64,000 nt of DNA from Candidatus Multivoradales bacterium. Its GTDB lineage: Bacteria; Acidobacteriota; Thermoanaerobaculia; Multivoradales; JAHEKO01. The stretch covers positions 192,001 through 256,000 of the forward strand of contig CBDCXM010000008.1 in assembly GCA_965223855.1 (NCBI GenBank), read 5' to 3'. The translations under genes and the position numbers were made by a program. Below, one piece after another: positions 63,677 to 64,000 of this stretch (positions are counted from its first letter, which is position 1; each line of letters starts with the position of its first letter). The notes beneath the pieces were generated by a model. It ran no database searches. It saw nothing but the letters and a program-made list of their open reading frames with translations, and was not told the DNA's origin.

Positions 63677-63753
63677 CTGGCCTTCCGGGTACTGGCCTTC
63701 GGGGTACAGGCACTCCAGGCACTGGCACTCCAGGCACTGGCACTCCAGGCACT
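63677..63753. repeat. 15-bp tandem repeat array (two unit types)
   Basis: CTGGCCTTC(C/G)GGGTA x2, then three perfect GGCACTCCAGGCACT. Confidence 0.85.
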
Positions 63754-64000
63754 AGGACGCAACAGCCCGATCGAACGCGACTCGCGCATCTCGACTCTCC
63801 TCCGACTCGGGAGCGACGCGCTCGAGTTCCTCGAGCTCCCGTCTCGCACCGTCCAGATCGTTCAACTGCAGCCGGGTCACGACGATCGCCAGCCGCGCGG
63901 CCAGGTAGCCGGGGGCGATCTCCGCCGCACGCAGGAAGCGCGGAAGCGCCGCCTGCACGTCGCCCTGCTCGAGCAGAAAGGCGCCGTAGTTGTAGTGGCC
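63752..64000 (-). CDS. C-terminal part of a TPR protein (truncated by window edge)
   Basis: GHYNYGAFLLEQGDVQAALPRFLRAAEIAPGY TPR pattern. Confidence 0.75.
   Translation of the reverse strand, partial: GHYNYGAFLLEQGDVQAALPRFLRAAEIAPGYLAARLAIVVTRLQLNDLDGARRELEELERVAPESEESRDARVAFDRAVAS

Noticed and set aside
63677-63753. CRISPR array
   Set aside because: Units are 15 bp, directly adjacent without spacers, and no cas genes are present

Overview
High-GC bacterial chromosome segment. An acidobacterial-type VWA protein, a C-terminal DGFESGD-x-x-x-W tail and the gene style suggest Acidobacteriota, probably Thermoanaerobaculia (inference). From left to right: a TerC fragment; divergent SSS and OPT transporters; tRNA-Pro(CGG); fadD-fadJ; a VWA protein; a rodZ/helical protein/DnaJ-TPR/PP2C operon; a long GreA; an ECF sigma/anti-sigma pair; a frameshifted LysM-like amidase; a probable CC-adding tRNA nucleotidyltransferase; PilT with a coiled-coil tail; a RAYT (HUH) transposase plus lexA bracketed by inverted GGTGCCAGGTG motifs; a bactofilin, a methyltransferase, an M16 peptidase pair and EF-G2; a TPR protein; a compositionally distinct FG-GAP and trypsin-like protease segment (the protease has an in-frame TGA); the str-S10-spc-alpha ribosomal supercluster without rpsN; and a GT-C glycosyltransferase next to a lipoprotein cluster (CRTAC1-like, TPR, two parvulin PPIases). 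The best candidates for an undescribed system are the IR-bounded lexA-RAYT unit and the lipoprotein folding/glycosylation cluster. Both rest on inference and need comparative checks.
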